Part shown: piece by piece, positions 1 to 11,423 of the stretch
How the letters are laid out: the number at the start of each line of letters is the position of its first letter
Position numbering within the stretch: the first letter of the stretch is position 1
NCBI GenBank assembly: GCA_001179505.1
Contig: CDMY01000405.1
Coordinates: 124,001 to 188,000, forward strand
Source: Vitrella brassicaformis CCMP3155
Lineage: Eukaryota; Protista; Chromerida
DNA: 64,000 bases
Direction: 5' to 3'
The notes under the pieces: model-generated
Told to the model about the DNA's origin: nothing
Databases searched by the model: none
What the model saw: only the letters and a program-made list of their open reading frames with translations
Translations under genes and position numbers: made by a program

Positions 1-73
1 ACAGCAACCACACAAACAACGGGCATTGGGCGTCCCCAGCGTCTTGGATGTCAGGTGCTGAGGCGGGGCCCAC

Positions 74-712
74 CAGCAGAAGACGACAATCTCGGTGTCC
101 TTGTCAATAAGGGGCCCCCCCGAGGCGGCCGCCACGGGCTGGTGGGCGTTCAGGGTGCTCACCAATACCGGCATGGGCATGTTCAGGGCACCCGGAGCGC
201 TGCACGCAACACACACAGAGTGGACAGTCAGAGCTCTTGTGGCCGTGTCTCCGCTTCCTGTGGGCGCCTCACCTGCCGCGCTGGTACTCGCTGGGAGTCC
301 TGACATCCAGGAGCACGGCGCCCTTCTCGTAGTCCTTGAGGATGTCGTCAGCAGTGGCCACGGGCGGCGTCCAGAGGTAGAGTGCCATGGCGGTAGCGAC
401 GGCCATGAGCGGCAGGTAGTCCATGTAGGAGGCCTTGCCCGTCGTCAGCTGGTAGGCGTCCCACTCGGGCGTGTAGGGCTCGAAGGTCGGGATGGCGCTC
501 TCGAGGCCTGGCTTGGGGAACATGATGGTCTCGGTGCTGGACCAGGGGTGGTACATGGTCATGCCCTGCCGGCTGCTGGGGGGGGCGTGGCGCTTGTGGA
601 GGCGCTGGAGCGGCTTGCTGACGGGACTCACAAACGCTGCATCGTCAAGGACAGCCGCACGGCACGCCAGCGGAGAGATCAGCAAGATGGCAGCGAGCAC
701 GGAAGTCATCAT
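74..712 (-). CDS. Rhodanese-domain protein with bipartite (signal + transit-like) leader and one TM helix; gene continues beyond the left end of the window
   Basis: Exon 712-273, GT-AG intron 272-200, exon 199-74, then a GT donor. Spliced product reads AVLLDVRTPSEYQRGSAPGALNMP...IDKDTEIVVFCW, the rhodanese pattern with the active-site Cys. N-terminus MMTSVLAAILLISPLACRA is followed by AAFVSP and a Ser/Arg-rich segment; hydrophobic YLPLMAVATAMALYLW precedes the domain. Confidence 0.8.
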
Positions 713-820
713 GATGTACGAGAATGAGGCGGAGTGGCGGAGGAGGCTGACAAACTATTCCCAAGTGGCGATTCCGGTTCTGTCTGCTGACCAGTGATTG
801 TGGGTGTTTCCGCGGATATG

Positions 821-841
821 AAACCCTAGACCCTAAGCCCT
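821..841 (+). repeat. Three tandem degenerate telomere-like heptamers (AAACCCT, AGACCCT, AAGCCCT)
   Basis: Directly visible at 821-841, ending 11 nt upstream of the ATG at 853, inside the 140-nt gap between two divergent genes. Confidence 0.6.
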
Positions 842-852
842 ACGGATCTGCG

Positions 853-1519
853 ATGTCGTTGATTTTCTGGATCCTTCCAGTGCTGCTACTGCTCTCTCGA
901 TGCGCTGCCTTGCAGCACGCGAAGGTTCTGCACTCGAAATCGCTGTTTGCAAAGGTACTAGTACTCAGCGTGATGCCATATGATGCCGCTCTTTTGTGGT
1001 GTGTTCGCAGGCCCAGGGGAAGATCAATGACACTACAGGCACCGATGGCCGATGGAAGCAGGCCCCCGGTGACTTCCACAGTGCGGTCCAAGGAATGGTA
1101 TGTACGATTGCAACAGACACGGAAGACACGGACAGTGTGGGACATCCCTGCCTTGTCGGGCGTGTGTGTGCTTGATAGACAGGTGCGTTTGAGGGAGACC
1201 GCCCTTCACAGGTCTGGCAGGGCGATGGCTGGCTCGTCGATGGCGAGAGAGTCGGCAACACATGCACGGTAATCAAGAAGGACGGGCAGGCGTAGATCTA
1301 CTTAACCAATTCCTGGCGTAGATGTGGTGACTGTGTTCGGTTCATATTGTTTCCCCAGCTGCCTCGCTGCATGGTGGAGTGCATTCAGTCCGTGTCGTGC
1401 CTCGAGAGCATGTGCAGCAGTCCCACATACAAGTGCAAGGACTCCGACTACAACACACCCTACGACCGGTGCTGCAAGGTACCCAATGCATCCATCCATC
1501 CATCCATCCATCCATCCAT

Positions 1520-1552
<33 letters not shown>

Positions 1553-1678
1553 CTGCCCATCTGCCCAGCGTTCGAGCGCACCAGCTGTCCCTGCATCCAC
1601 GGCCCCTCCGACGCCCACAAGACCACCTCCAAGTCCGTCTGCAGGCCCGATTGTGACGGCACCGCCTGTGGTCGATAA
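853..1678 (+). CDS. Small secreted cysteine-rich protein (~155 aa, 5 exons)
   Basis: Signal peptide MSLIFWILPVLLLLSRCAA. Canonical introns join AQGKINDTTG...QGM / VWQGDGWLVDGERVGNTCT / LPRCMVECIQSVSCLESMCSSPTYKCKDSDYNTPYDRCCK / RTSCPCIHG...VCRPDCDGTACGR-stop. The last exon frame was chosen because third codon positions are strongly G/C. Confidence 0.6.
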
Positions 1679-2267
1679 GGCCCCTCCTGCGGTCACCACG
1701 GCTGCCCCCTTGGTCATTGGGATTGGAGGGACAAGAACGGTATCAGGCCAGAGCAGCCAGAGCATGATGACAGATGACGTCATGTGTTGCTCTGTTATTC
1801 GGTCTCGTCAGGGCGGAGGGAGGCCCATCCATCGGGCATTGTCAAAGCGTATGGGGCACTTAGAGCCATTGCAGGTGGAGGGGAGGAGGGGCAGGATGGT
1901 AAACAATGGATAGATAGTTCAGCATTGCCTGACTGTCTGCATCCATACATGCATGGCAGACAGGCAGGCACATGGCCAATCCTTCGAGGAGACAGGGAGA
2001 GAGAGAGAGATCGCACGAATGATAAGTCACTGGTTTTAGGCTTTGCACGGCGCATATACAGTGATACATACGATGACGAATTGAGGTCAACACCCATGTG
2101 TGGATCCAATTCTCCAGCCCCCCAGCGGTCTCGACTGCCCCCAATTCGAAAACCCCCTTCCATTTGGTTCTCTCCAAAAGCCCCGCCGCAGGATGCATCT
2201 GCCCATCGCTGTGACCAGAAGAGAAGAAGGGGATCCGACAAAGGCGCAGGCAAGCCAATCAAACCAA

Positions 2268-5200
2268 ATGATGGGAAGTGATCACGCAGGAACTGATGCA
2301 CTGTCTGTTGTTGGTCTCGCCAAGGGCACCACACCACGCCGTCGCTCACTGCGAACTCCGGAAGCCACACCTGATGCACTCCGAGCGTGGCAAAGACAAG
2401 CTGAAGCTGAACCAGATGACTACAAATACCACGGAAGGCCTCACATCAGCCCGTGGTCCCTCTGGTGCTTCCGGCGATCGCGAGCGGATAAGAAGCGGGC
2501 AATGGATGCGGATGACTGCGTGTTTGCACTGGCTGTTGCGCTCTGGATTGCGCTGCTCACTATCACGGCATTTCTTGTCGCAAGGGGGCTCTTCGCGCCT
2601 GTGGAGCAGGGTAGGAAGAAACATGCGCTGGATTCTGTCGGTTTGTTCCTCAAACTGGGCTGTGCTTGCACTCAGGTGGTCTGGGGGCCTTTCATCCTCG
2701 CCTTCTCATGAGAGCCAAGCAAAGGAAAGTCATCGCTGGGCGGGACGATGCACTCACAAATGAGATGAAGACCATATGCAGCATCAGGCCAAGGAAAGTA
2801 AGTGTCTTCCTTTGGGGGATGACGCCTTCGCTGGTGTTTCTGTGTGCAGCTTTTATTTGTCGAACATGGCGCTGGCAGGAAGTTTGGAAGGGCAGTGGCG
2901 CCCCGGCTGTCTAAGAACAGAGGTGAGGACTTGTGAAAACCCAGAACCTCTATCGAGGACCATTGACGTGCGTGAGACATCAGACAATGCGCTGAAGCCT
3001 CTCATGGGTACCATTCTGGAAGAAATCCTGGCCTCTGGCAAAGGGCAAACGATCACGGGGTCTTCCATCGCCACGGGCGCTTATACGGTGCGCCTGCTGG
3101 ACCAATGCAGCAGATCACGTGACTAACTTGCATACGTTGATGCCCTTGATGTCTCAGGTGAGCCTGGTGCCTTATCTTTTCCCCGTCCTCGCAGCAATTG
3201 CTCTCGCATTGGTGTGCTGGCCCATCTCCGGTTTCGCTCTCTGCTGCAGGGGCTTCAGGAGGTAAACGGCGCCTGAGGATGATTTGAATTCGAAAGAAGG
3301 CTTGTTTTGCCGTCTCGTGCCTTCAGAAACTTGTTCAACTGCTGTCAGGGCCGTGCACGGCCACGCAAGGGCATATGTGCCCGATATGGAGCCCTCGCGA
3401 TTTCGATCGCAGTAACGGTCGGCTTCATCGCCTTCATTGTCGGTGCCATCTCTTGGGGCATCTCAATTGGCAACGGGTGAGAGAGAAGGCAAAAACGCGA
3501 TGCATGATGGAAAGGACCCAGCATCCACCGATTGTCTTTTCCTTAGTCTGACGACTTCCCTGTGCTCTATTTATCGCTTTGCCGACGAGAGCCTGAACGG
3601 CAGCCCTCCCAACACGTCTCAGCCCTTCATTGGCATATTCCCAGCAGTGCAGACGTATGCAGGTGGTACAGAGCTAGTCAAGTATCTGCATTACGTGTTC
3701 ATCTCGATGTGTGCTGTGGTTGCGTGTTCATGTCAGTGTCGACTTCGTCTTCAAGGATCTGAAGTCCACAACCAAGGGAGGGCTGATAGATCGCATTGCC
3801 ACGCTTATCTTCGGCACGCTGGTCTTCGACACAGGTGATAAGACATGGATGCCTGCATACAACATGGAACTCTGCTGTGTCTCCGTCTTCCACGCTATTT
3901 GTTCCAGAGAAGGAGAATCTGATCGATTCTATGAAGTTTATGTCCGATGTATTGGATAACAAGCGCAACGACCTCTCTGCCGTCAGCGATTCCGACCGCA
4001 AGAGTTATCACGTCTGCATCTTCTGCCAGGTTTGCGCAGTATTCCTCGACCCCATCAGGAAGGCACTGGACAGGGGCCTCACTAAGGCGCTGAGCGACGT
4101 ACTTGACACGGTGCGGAGGTACCTGACAACTGGATCGCAAGAGCTGGACGTGAGTCATGATCCCCTGGCAAAGCCTAAATGGATGCTGACACGGTTCTGC
4201 TCTTCCCATGCAGGAGATCTTGGCGGAGCTCGGCAGTTTTGACATGGCTGAGGTCTCCCACCGCACAAGCGCGCTGCTTGACGGATACCTCAATGCATAT
4301 GTCCCGATGGTAAAACACGAGCAATTTGCGGTCCTTCATGGAAGCCCGTCCGTGTGTCTCCCACAGATCCTTCAATGGGAAGGGGTCCTTTTCTGGGTGT
4401 TCAACTCAATCGCATTGGTTGGAGCCGTCCTTGCACTGGCCGGTGCGTCGAGGCAAAGAGACACCTTGCAGCCATCCATCGTTGTCTACAGGCCTCGCAT
4501 ACATTATCATTCTGACCTTTCGCAAGCACAAACCCTTGCCCACGTGGCCGGCTGCAATTCTCTGGTGCTTGTTCCTCGTCTACGCAATACTGGGTACATA
4601 GTGTGTGTGTGTGTGTGAATGTATGCATTGACTTCCATGAATTGTCTGTCGGTTTGTCTGTCGGTCTGTCTGTCTGTCGGTCTGTCTGTCTGTCTGTCTG
4701 TGTCCCTGTAGCTCTCCTGTTTGGTGGCATCATGCTCTTCCTGATGATATTCCTGTCCGACACGTGTGGATGGATCAGGGAGGAACTGATGACCAAAGAG
4801 GGCTGGGACCGATATGAGGAGACTCTTGAGTCCATCGATCCTCGAGCACTCAACGTTGCCAAACAGGTGAGCCAGTATGTGTGAGAAGCGGCGCGATAGG
4901 CATCTTCGATGACGCTTGTTGCCTCATTCTAGTGTCTCACGCCGTCTGGCGAGGGTGACTTGCTGAAAGCTCTCGGGCTAAGTGGTGGGATGTCATATGT
5001 AATTAAAACACTGCCTACCTCACCAATGTTGGTCGTGCAGAGCAGCTAAATTTCACTCAACTTGTGGACGAGCAGCTCAATGCCTTAGCCGAGGCGTAAG
5101 GAAGGCGTGATGGCACAAAGGATAGGCGAAGGCTTGTGATAGCGTATCCCTGTCCGCTTCTCAGGCCAGTGCCTGCTGTCAGTGAATCCGACCTACAGCT

Positions 5201-7651
5201 GGTATATGCTATGCCAACACATTCATGCCTCGCAATCTTCTTGCGCCCATTGCAGCTTACCAACGCAGCCCGCGACCTCAGCCACATGTTCCTTCCTGAC
5301 AGCGTCTCAGCAAACGCAGTAGGCAGCCACCAGCGGACCAGACGCAGTGTTGTTATCATGGTTTTTTCTCAGGAGAATCCCTCTGTGGGTCTTGCGGCAG
5401 CAGCCCCCCTTTTCATGGCTTCCGGCGTGCAAAACGAGACGCTGAAAGCGGATTTCACACTGCTCAAAATGGCACTGGAGGGCAGTCAAAGTGAGCGAAG
5501 ACAAAATATGTCGGACCAGATATCATGGTGTCGTCTCTTTGTTTCCGTGATGGAAGTCGCCAGCGAGGCGGCCAAGTTTCTGCTGGGAGAGGGCGACACT
5601 GTGAGCATCCCTGGTCTGCGGGACTTGGAACCGGAGATATCTCCCTTTTACTTCGACTCATTGCACCGTGAGCAGCAGGGAGGCACATACACAACAACAA
5701 TACACGTGTCTGTCTCCTCTTCGACGCAGCTTCGCCAAAGCCGAGTGACCCAGCGGATGAGTACCGCGTCACTGCTCGATTTGATCACGATGTATGCCTC
5801 GGAGACACAACACAGTCGCAACATGAACCTCATCTCTCTCACTCTGATGCAGAGCTCCATAGTGGCGACAGTGGCGTCACAGGCAAGATCGTCGCCAATC
5901 GACGCGGTCGTTGATATAAACGTAAGGCACCCGTTGCTCCGTCCAGACGCCATCGCCTGCCTTCCTCTCTGCCTGGCTGCGCCATCCATCCACCGACACT
6001 GTCTTGGCATCTCAGGATGAAACGAAGTTGAGTGCCACCCTTTGGTGGGCCGTCCGCAAGCAGGTTGGTAAACTTGCAGCTATGTGTGTGAATGATGTCT
6101 CTTGCACATCATGTCAGCCGTCCCTTCTGTTCTCGTTCCATCTCTCAGCGTGTGGTCGACCCTACCATCACTCTCTTCTGGTGCCCGGAGCCACCTTCCG
6201 GCTTCGACAGAAGACGGCGGGATTTGCAAGTGGACGTCAGCCCTGCCGTCATCCCCCCTCCACCAGACGTACCTTATGTGCTGTCGCCCATCTCCCCGCC
6301 TGACATTCAGCCGCCCGATCTGCCGGATGAAGCTGACGGGATCATCGGAGGAGGCGGTGGTCCTGGGGGAGGTGATGTTCGAACGACGGTCGAGTCTTGT
6401 GACTGGGAAGAATTCGTGGTCTTCATGATGAACCTTACCTCGCACGTGCTAGACAATGTATGCGGGAAGGTGCTGACAGCGATAAATGACGAGATGCGTT
6501 CCTTGTGTGTTAAGGCTCTCGATTTCCTGGCGGCTGCGGCTAGTGCCAAGGATGACATTGTTGGAGGGCTGAGGGAGATCGTACAGGGTGAGCAAGAAAA
6601 AGAGGCAAGGGAATTCGTGCCAGTCGCTGCGTCCCTGCAGAGTTGCTCGATCGCGTTCTCGCCCTGGTTGAAGGAGTGAACTGCAGTGACCACGCACACA
6701 AGCGGCAGACACAGCATTCACCAGTCTCTGGATGTGTGTCGCGCAGAGGTCTTGTATCGTGGCGTCACTGCCGTCGTGGAGCCCCTCTGCGAGGAGCTCG
6801 TTCCAAACACGGTGAACAGAACAGGACAAGATCATACAGCCACGACAAGACCATCCAGCTGCCCTGTCCTCACATGTCTCGGCGAGTCTGTTTCTGGTGC
6901 TCAGCTGCTAGTCGCCCTCAGTTGGGTGATTCTGGGCCTACATTCGATGGTTGCATTTGCAGTGCTCTTCCCGGTCAGTCAAACAGTCACGTCAGTCAGT
7001 CAGTCAGTCAGTCACCCTTCCTTTCTTGGTGTTGGTCAGCTGTGGAGGTACTATATTGACCTGCACCAGTGGCAGCAATGGCGAGAAGAGAGTAAGTATC
7101 GATCGACTCCTCGTTTGTTTGGTATGTCCACTGCCTGCCTCTCTGCACCTGTCTCTCTGTCCACCACAGGACACAGACCCGATGCATCCCTTTCACCATT
7201 TATGCCGGCAATAGCGGGTCAAGAGCAGAACGGCAGGCAGCAAGAGGACGAGGGGCTGCCTGCAGCCCAGGCGGACAACGACAATCCAGAAGATCGCCGC
7301 ACTTTCCTTAGCACCCTCTCACGCCACCTGCGTTCTGCCATCAAAAGGAGACACGAGGGAGAAAACGAGGCCGAGCCAAGGGAGAGCGGCTTCTTACGCT
7401 TAGCACCTCGCTCGCGATCAAGTCCACCGACAAGACAAGAGACGGCTAATCAACAACCACTTCCTTCTCCGCCTCCCCTCCCCGGGCCAATCGGTGTGTC
7501 TCGTGCGGCTCCTCTGGTGCACTCGGTCTCGTCGAGTGCCCTGGATGTGATGCAGATGCAGCCAAGAGAGGACATTCCACTGGCGTCTCCAATCTCACTT
7601 GCTCGGAGACAATCACTAATTTGGCCCAATCGGCATCATGGGGAAGGTTGA
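2268..7651 (+). CDS. Large multi-exon, multi-pass membrane protein with prominin-like topology (5' end uncertain, may extend to ~1780)
   Basis: Spliced reading gives a hydrophobic segment at ~2520-2590; TM (3158-3240) + Cys-rich loop LCCRGFRRNLFNCCQG + TM (~3380-3470); a large loop; two TMs (~4380-4760, ending IFLSDTC); a second large loop ending LDVCRAEVLYRGVTAVVEPLCEELVP; a final TM ending LWRYY; and a low-complexity tail to the stop at 7651. Confidence 0.6.
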
Positions 7652-8254
7652 GGGCTGATGACGTCGCTGAAGGGGGGCCGATGAGGAGAAATGCACAGGA
7701 CGCATCGATATCTGGCCGAGGCATGGCGAGGGGGCGACAGGTATGATGGGGGGAGACATCATGTGCTGTTTAAGATGTTCCTTGCGGATAGATCTAAGGC
7801 CTCTGTATTTGTTAAGGCCTGCTGTGTACGTATTGTATTCCAGCAGGCTGTATGCGTTTGTGATATGGAACATGATGTATACGTAATGCATGTAATGTAT
7901 ATGACCTCAGTGATGGATGGTTTGGGTGCTTTTGTTGTTGGGGCGGCCGTCCGTGGGTGTGGTGTGTGAGCTGGTATTATCCCATCAGTCAGTCATGCAT
8001 TCACTCACTCACTGACCAACATGCACTGTCCGCACGCACACGCCCACGCACGCACACACGCACAGGTCGTCCGCCGTGCCACACACAGAGGGAAGACGGG
8101 ACGCCACATGCAGTCAGGCAGACATATAGACAACTAAGGCCTTTCCTTCCGTCCATGCGGATGCACGGGACACACAATCTGATATCCACACGCCAGCCAG
8201 CTGTCTAGCTCTCAGCGACCCACTCCGCCGCCCCAACGCTCCTCCATGCCTGGC

Positions 8255-8285
<31 letters not shown>

Positions 8286-8364
8286 GGGCACACACAACAG
8301 CACAGTCCGTCGAGGAAGGCCTGCCACCCTGGCTGCGCGTCTGCCTAACTGCTTACTTGGTTGT

Positions 8365-11233
8365 CTATTTGTGTGTGTTGTCCTTCTCGCCTCCTCCCTC
8401 CTCCGCTACCGCCATTGCCGCATCCTCTGCCAATCCATCCACACAACCACACAGACACACAGACAGAGGGAGGGAGGGTGGGAGGAGTGTGCCGAATGTG
8501 TGAAGTGCAGACAGATATACACACACGGGTGGGTGGGATGAATGGTGGGTGGGCACACCGCTCACGAACGAATGAACCAGTGTTTGCGATGGCCGAGGCA
8601 TCGTCATCGTCTTCGGTGTCCGTGTCATGACTCGCGCTGCTGTGGTCATGTGTGGACACATTCCCCCCACCGCCCTCCGCCGCCCCGCCACCGGGCGAGC
8701 TGCTCGTGTCATCGTCATCATCTAGCCCTATTATGAGACCTAGCCAACGGGAGAGCACTGCACACACACACACACACAGACGGACAGACAGACTCATGGG
8801 TCCATGTGTGCAACACATTTCGCGCCCTTCTGTCTGTCTGTCTGTCTCTCTGTCTGTCTGTGCCCTCGCTCGTGGGGATCCGTGCGTACGGACATGCGTA
8901 TGACTGAGGTTGCGTCTGCGCGAGGAGAAGCTCGTCGTCCGCGACACACGCCGGTGGCTCTGTTGTGACAAACACCACCTCAACTGCACACTCTCACACA
9001 CACAAACAGACAGACAGACAGGCCAAGAGCCAGACAGAGCCAGAAATAAGAGCATAGACACACCCGCCCATCAACCCGCCCACCCACTGACGGACCTTCT
9101 TGATCGTCGAGAGGTCTCTCCCTGACGCCGAAGACCGCGGCGAAGGGGTGGTCCAGCGGCGTCAGCACCGCATACCGATGGTACACATTGGCGGGGTACT
9201 CCAGCGCCATGACGGCCGAGGCGCCTCTGACAAACGGACGGTGCACTGACCGGTCGAGCCGGGCCATCACGCCAGCATCTATCATATCGCTGCAGTCAGC
9301 CACCCAGACAATCAGGACAAAGCACCCATGACCAAGGCAGGCATCATTTGCAGCTCCATCCTTTACCCACACCCGCCCACTGACGGTTCTGATTCGCGTG
9401 ACCCAGAGGCGCCCTTGATTCGGGTCGTGATGGTGTGCATGAGGTAGGACGAGAATGACGCCTCGATCACGTCTTCGTCCAGAACGTGGTCTTGAGCCTG
9501 GAGGAAGACGTTGATGCGGTGGGCCACGATGGGGTTGTGCGGGTCGGTGTGCTGCTGGAACCGGTGGTCGGCGGGGAGGGGCGGGGCCAGGCGGATCTGG
9601 AAGGCCTCCTCGTCCTTGATGGCACGCAGGCCGCAGCTGGCGTCGTCGAAGAGCTCGAACCGGCCCAGCTCGCCAAAGTCGACACGCCTGCCCACCATCT
9701 TCCACAGCGCCACCACACGGGGCTCAGCCAGAAACGCCTGTGGACGCAATAACCAATCAAAGAAATACCTCCCTCCCTCCCTGCCTCCGTCTATGGTGCA
9801 TTGCAGCACCAGATGACTTACCTGCTTGGTGCGATGCCTCTGGAGGTCCTCGCGCGTGATGATGGCCGGCAGCTGGCAGAAATCGCNNNNNNNNNNNNNN
9901 NNNNNNNNNNNNNNNNNNNNNNNNNNNNNNNNNNNNNNNNNNNNNNNNNNNNNNNNNNNNNNNNNNNNNNNNNNNNNNNNNNNNNNNNNNNNNNNNNNNN
10001 NNNNNNNNNNNNNNNNNNNNNNNNNNNNNNNNNNNNNNNNNNNNNNNNNNNNNNNNNNNNNNNNNNNNNNNNNNNNNNNNNNNNNNNNNNNNNNNNNNNN
10101 NNNNNNNNNNNNNNNNNNNNNNNNNNNNNNNNNNNNNNNNNNNNNNNNNNNNNNNNNNNNNNNNNNNNNNNNNNNNNNNNNNNNNNCCATGACGGCCGAG
10201 GCGCCTCTGACAAACGGACGGTGCACTGACCGGTCGAGCCGGGCCATCACGCCAGCATCTATCATATCGCTGCAGTCAGCCACCCAGACAATCAGGACAA
10301 AGCACCCATGACCAAGGCAGGCATCATTTGCAGCTCCATCCTTTACCCACACCCGCCCACTGACGGTTCTGATTCGCGTGACCCAGAGGCGCCCTTGATT
10401 CGGGTCGTGATGGTGTGCATGAGGTAGGACGAGAATGACGCCTCGATCACGTCTTCGTCCAGAACGTGGTCTTGAGCCTGGAGGAAGACGTTGATGCGGT
10501 GGGCCACGATGGGGTTGTGCGGGTCGGTGTGCTGCTGGAACCGGTGGTCGACGGGGAGGGGCGGGGCCAGGCGGATCTGGAAGGCCTCCTCGTCCTTGAT
10601 GGCACGCAGGCCGCAGCTGGCGTCGTCGAAGAGCTCGAACCGGCCCAGCTCGCCAAAGTCGACACGCCTGCCCACCATCTTCCACAGCGCCACCACACGG
10701 GGCTCAGCTAGAAAAGCCTGTGGACGCAATAACAGATCAAACAAATGCCTCCCGCCCTCCCTGCCTCCCTCCCTGCCTCCCTCGATGGTGCATTGCACCA
10801 CCAGATGACATACTTGCTTGGTGCGATGCCTCTGGAGGTCCTCGCGAGTGATGATGGCCGGCAGCTGGCAGAACGCGCACTGGCTGGCGAGTCGCAGGGC
10901 GTCTGCCGCCTCGTCCCACCGCTGGTGCTCGACCAGCCACATGGCCTTGAGCGCCTCGGCGCCTTCCAGACCGTCGTGGGGGTCACCGAATGACACGACA
11001 GAGTCCAGCCGTGTGCCGTCGTCGAGGTGCTTGGCCCGCAGCGCTCGGGTGAGCCGCTCGTTGAGGAGGCCAGGCGGGCTGTCGACGAGGAAGAGACCCG
11101 CTAAGCGAATGCTGCCGAGGTCCGCCATGCTGTACAGGGCATCGCGCTGGTCTTCGCGATGAATGAAATCCAGGCACTGGCCACGGAACGAAGGCCAAGC
11201 CCTGTCGGCGCTCCTGCTCTGCGCGTTTCCCAT
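8365..11233 (-). CDS. Hypothetical protein with an N-myristoylation-like start (MGNAQS); internal exons present twice around an assembly gap
   Basis: ORF 11233 onward, GT-AG introns, then exons DMIDAGVMARLDRSVHRPF..., VEVVFVTTEPPAC..., an acidic low-complexity exon, and a final exon ending EKDNTHK-stop at 8365. G2/S6 fits the myristoylation consensus. No family recognised. Confidence 0.55.
9207..10876. repeat. Direct duplication of ~680 bp (9207-9886 vs 10187-10876) flanking a 300-N gap
   Basis: Both copies start CCATGACGGCCGAGGCGCC. They are nearly identical over ~520 bp and visibly divergent over the last ~160 bp. Confidence 0.95.
9887..10186. other. Assembly gap (300 N)
   Basis: Run of N; same length as the other two gaps, so a placeholder size. 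Confidence 1.
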
Positions 11234-11423
11234 CAGTCGGGTGATCAGGAGCTGTCTTTCTAACCTCTATCTATCTACTGCGAATGTCGTCCATTTTGCG
11301 ACAAGGGGACTCTCTAACCCACTTCTGAGGTTGCGGCGGGCAGACGTCTCGTATGTGAATAAAGCTGATGAACTGCGTGGAGTTGATGAGTGACTTCCGT
11401 CTATCCTCGGATGCGTCAGATCT

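Noticed and set aside
74-199. Apparent frameshift or premature end in the rhodanese gene
   Set aside because: An intron at 272-200 and a careful count of the G run restore a continuous frame.
1347-1913. Mucin-like Pro/Thr stalk ORF
   Set aside because: The Pro/Thr/Ala richness is what a frame shift of GC3-rich codons produces. The Cys-rich frame ending at 1678 has the coding-like codon pattern. Kept only as a possible alternative isoform.
9827-10311. ORFs spanning N runs (also 27988-29159 and 61887-62472)
   Set aside because: Artefacts of translating through assembly gaps.
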